64,000 nt of DNA from Octopus sinensis (lineage: Eukaryota), in contig NW_021833714.1 in assembly GCF_006345805.1 (NCBI RefSeq), positions 5,381 to 69,380 on the forward strand, written 5' to 3'. The translations under genes were made by a program, and so were the position numbers. Below are positions 63,262 to 64,000 of the stretch, piece after piece (positions within the stretch are counted from its first letter, which is position 1; each line of letters opens with the position of its first letter). Below the pieces are notes generated by a model. It saw only the letters and a program-made list of their open reading frames with translations. It did not search any database and was not told the DNA's origin.

Positions 63262-63715
63262 TATTAGGGAATAAATCCAAACTTACAGGGAAAAATCAGA
63301 TTTAGGATTAAATTCAATTTTATAGTAAAATATTATATTATATTAAATTAGAGATAAAACCACTATTAGGCAAATCAAACTATGAAAAACATAAGCCAAT
63401 ACATAAGATTAATTTATATTATTTAAATATATAACAAAATTATTAAAAAAATATAATTAATTTCACACTACGATAGTTCATTGTTTAAACATCGCCAATA
63501 TAAATATTTAAACCACCTGATGAATGACTGCGACTCAAAAATTTGAAGAAGTTAGCAGGCATGAAACGATCGTAGTGTGAAATTAATTATATTTTTTTAA
63601 TAATTTTGTTATATATTTAAATAATATAAATTAATCTTATGTATTGGCTTAAGTTTTTCATTGTTTGATTTGCTAATAGTGGTTTTTCTCTCTAATTTAA
63701 TATAATATAATATAA
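63262..63715. mobile_element. Inverted-repeat element (~150-bp arms) between (TA)n tracts, Penelope-pLTR-like
   Basis: 63330-63481 is the reverse complement of 63561-63714; ~80-nt spacer. Confidence 0.8.
63514..63577 (+). ncRNA. Type I minimal hammerhead ribozyme motif with palindromic stem III
   Basis: cac / CTGATGA (63517-63523) / atgactgc...gcaggcat (7 of 8 bp) / GAAA (63563-63566) / c-gatc-g / TA (GUA 63572-63574) / gtg; proximal stem I only 3 bp. Confidence 0.7.
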
Positions 63716-64000
63716 TATATATATATATATTATATATATTATATATATATATATATATATTACACATATATACATATATATATTAAGGTTTAGAAACTAA
63801 GCGCAAAACGCAGTATCCAAACCTTGTTTCAGAGTAAGTCCCAAGTAGTGTGTCTGCAGAGCACGTTCTCCACTTATTGCAACCGGGCATCATGAACGAT
63901 ATTTCGCATTCATCATTGGATCGACGTCGCCGGCTTCATGTTGCCCTGCACCCTAGAACACGTGTATCCGAACTGCTAGAATTTCTCAGTACCACCATTT

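Overview
Eukaryotic, AT-rich, repeat-saturated DNA. It is most likely intronic or intergenic sequence of a coleoid cephalopod (Octopus-like); this is inferred from the SINE families, the extreme microsatellite load and a GC-rich 18S V4 fragment. No intact protein-coding gene is present. Nearly all ORFs in the track are microsatellite translation artefacts, and the only good host-exon candidate is 51 nt (55968-56018, +). Mobile content: R4/Dong-clade RLE LINEs (one near full length, one internally deleted, two 3' fragments), mostly in (TAA)n tracts; RTE and CR1/L2-group LINE relics; a Ginger-type integrase DNA transposon; mariner-type MITEs; a Helitron/HINE-like element; and at least four tRNA-derived SINE families (working labels A-D), several with intact TSDs. 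Main hunt results: (1) several type I minimal hammerhead ribozyme motifs. Two have perfect cores and lie 475 nt apart in a tandem array (4268-5339), i.e. Penelope-pLTR/retrozyme-like architecture; others lie at 39.15 and 63.5 kb, with decayed ones at 4.04, 45.7 and 47.7 kb, mostly next to (TA)n. (2) A non-coding passenger element with a fixed 3' end and variable 5' truncation, sitting in (TAA)n just downstream of both large Dong LINEs. (3) A 200-bp 18S rRNA V4 fragment inserted inside an old SINE. All calls were made by eye, without database searches or folding software.
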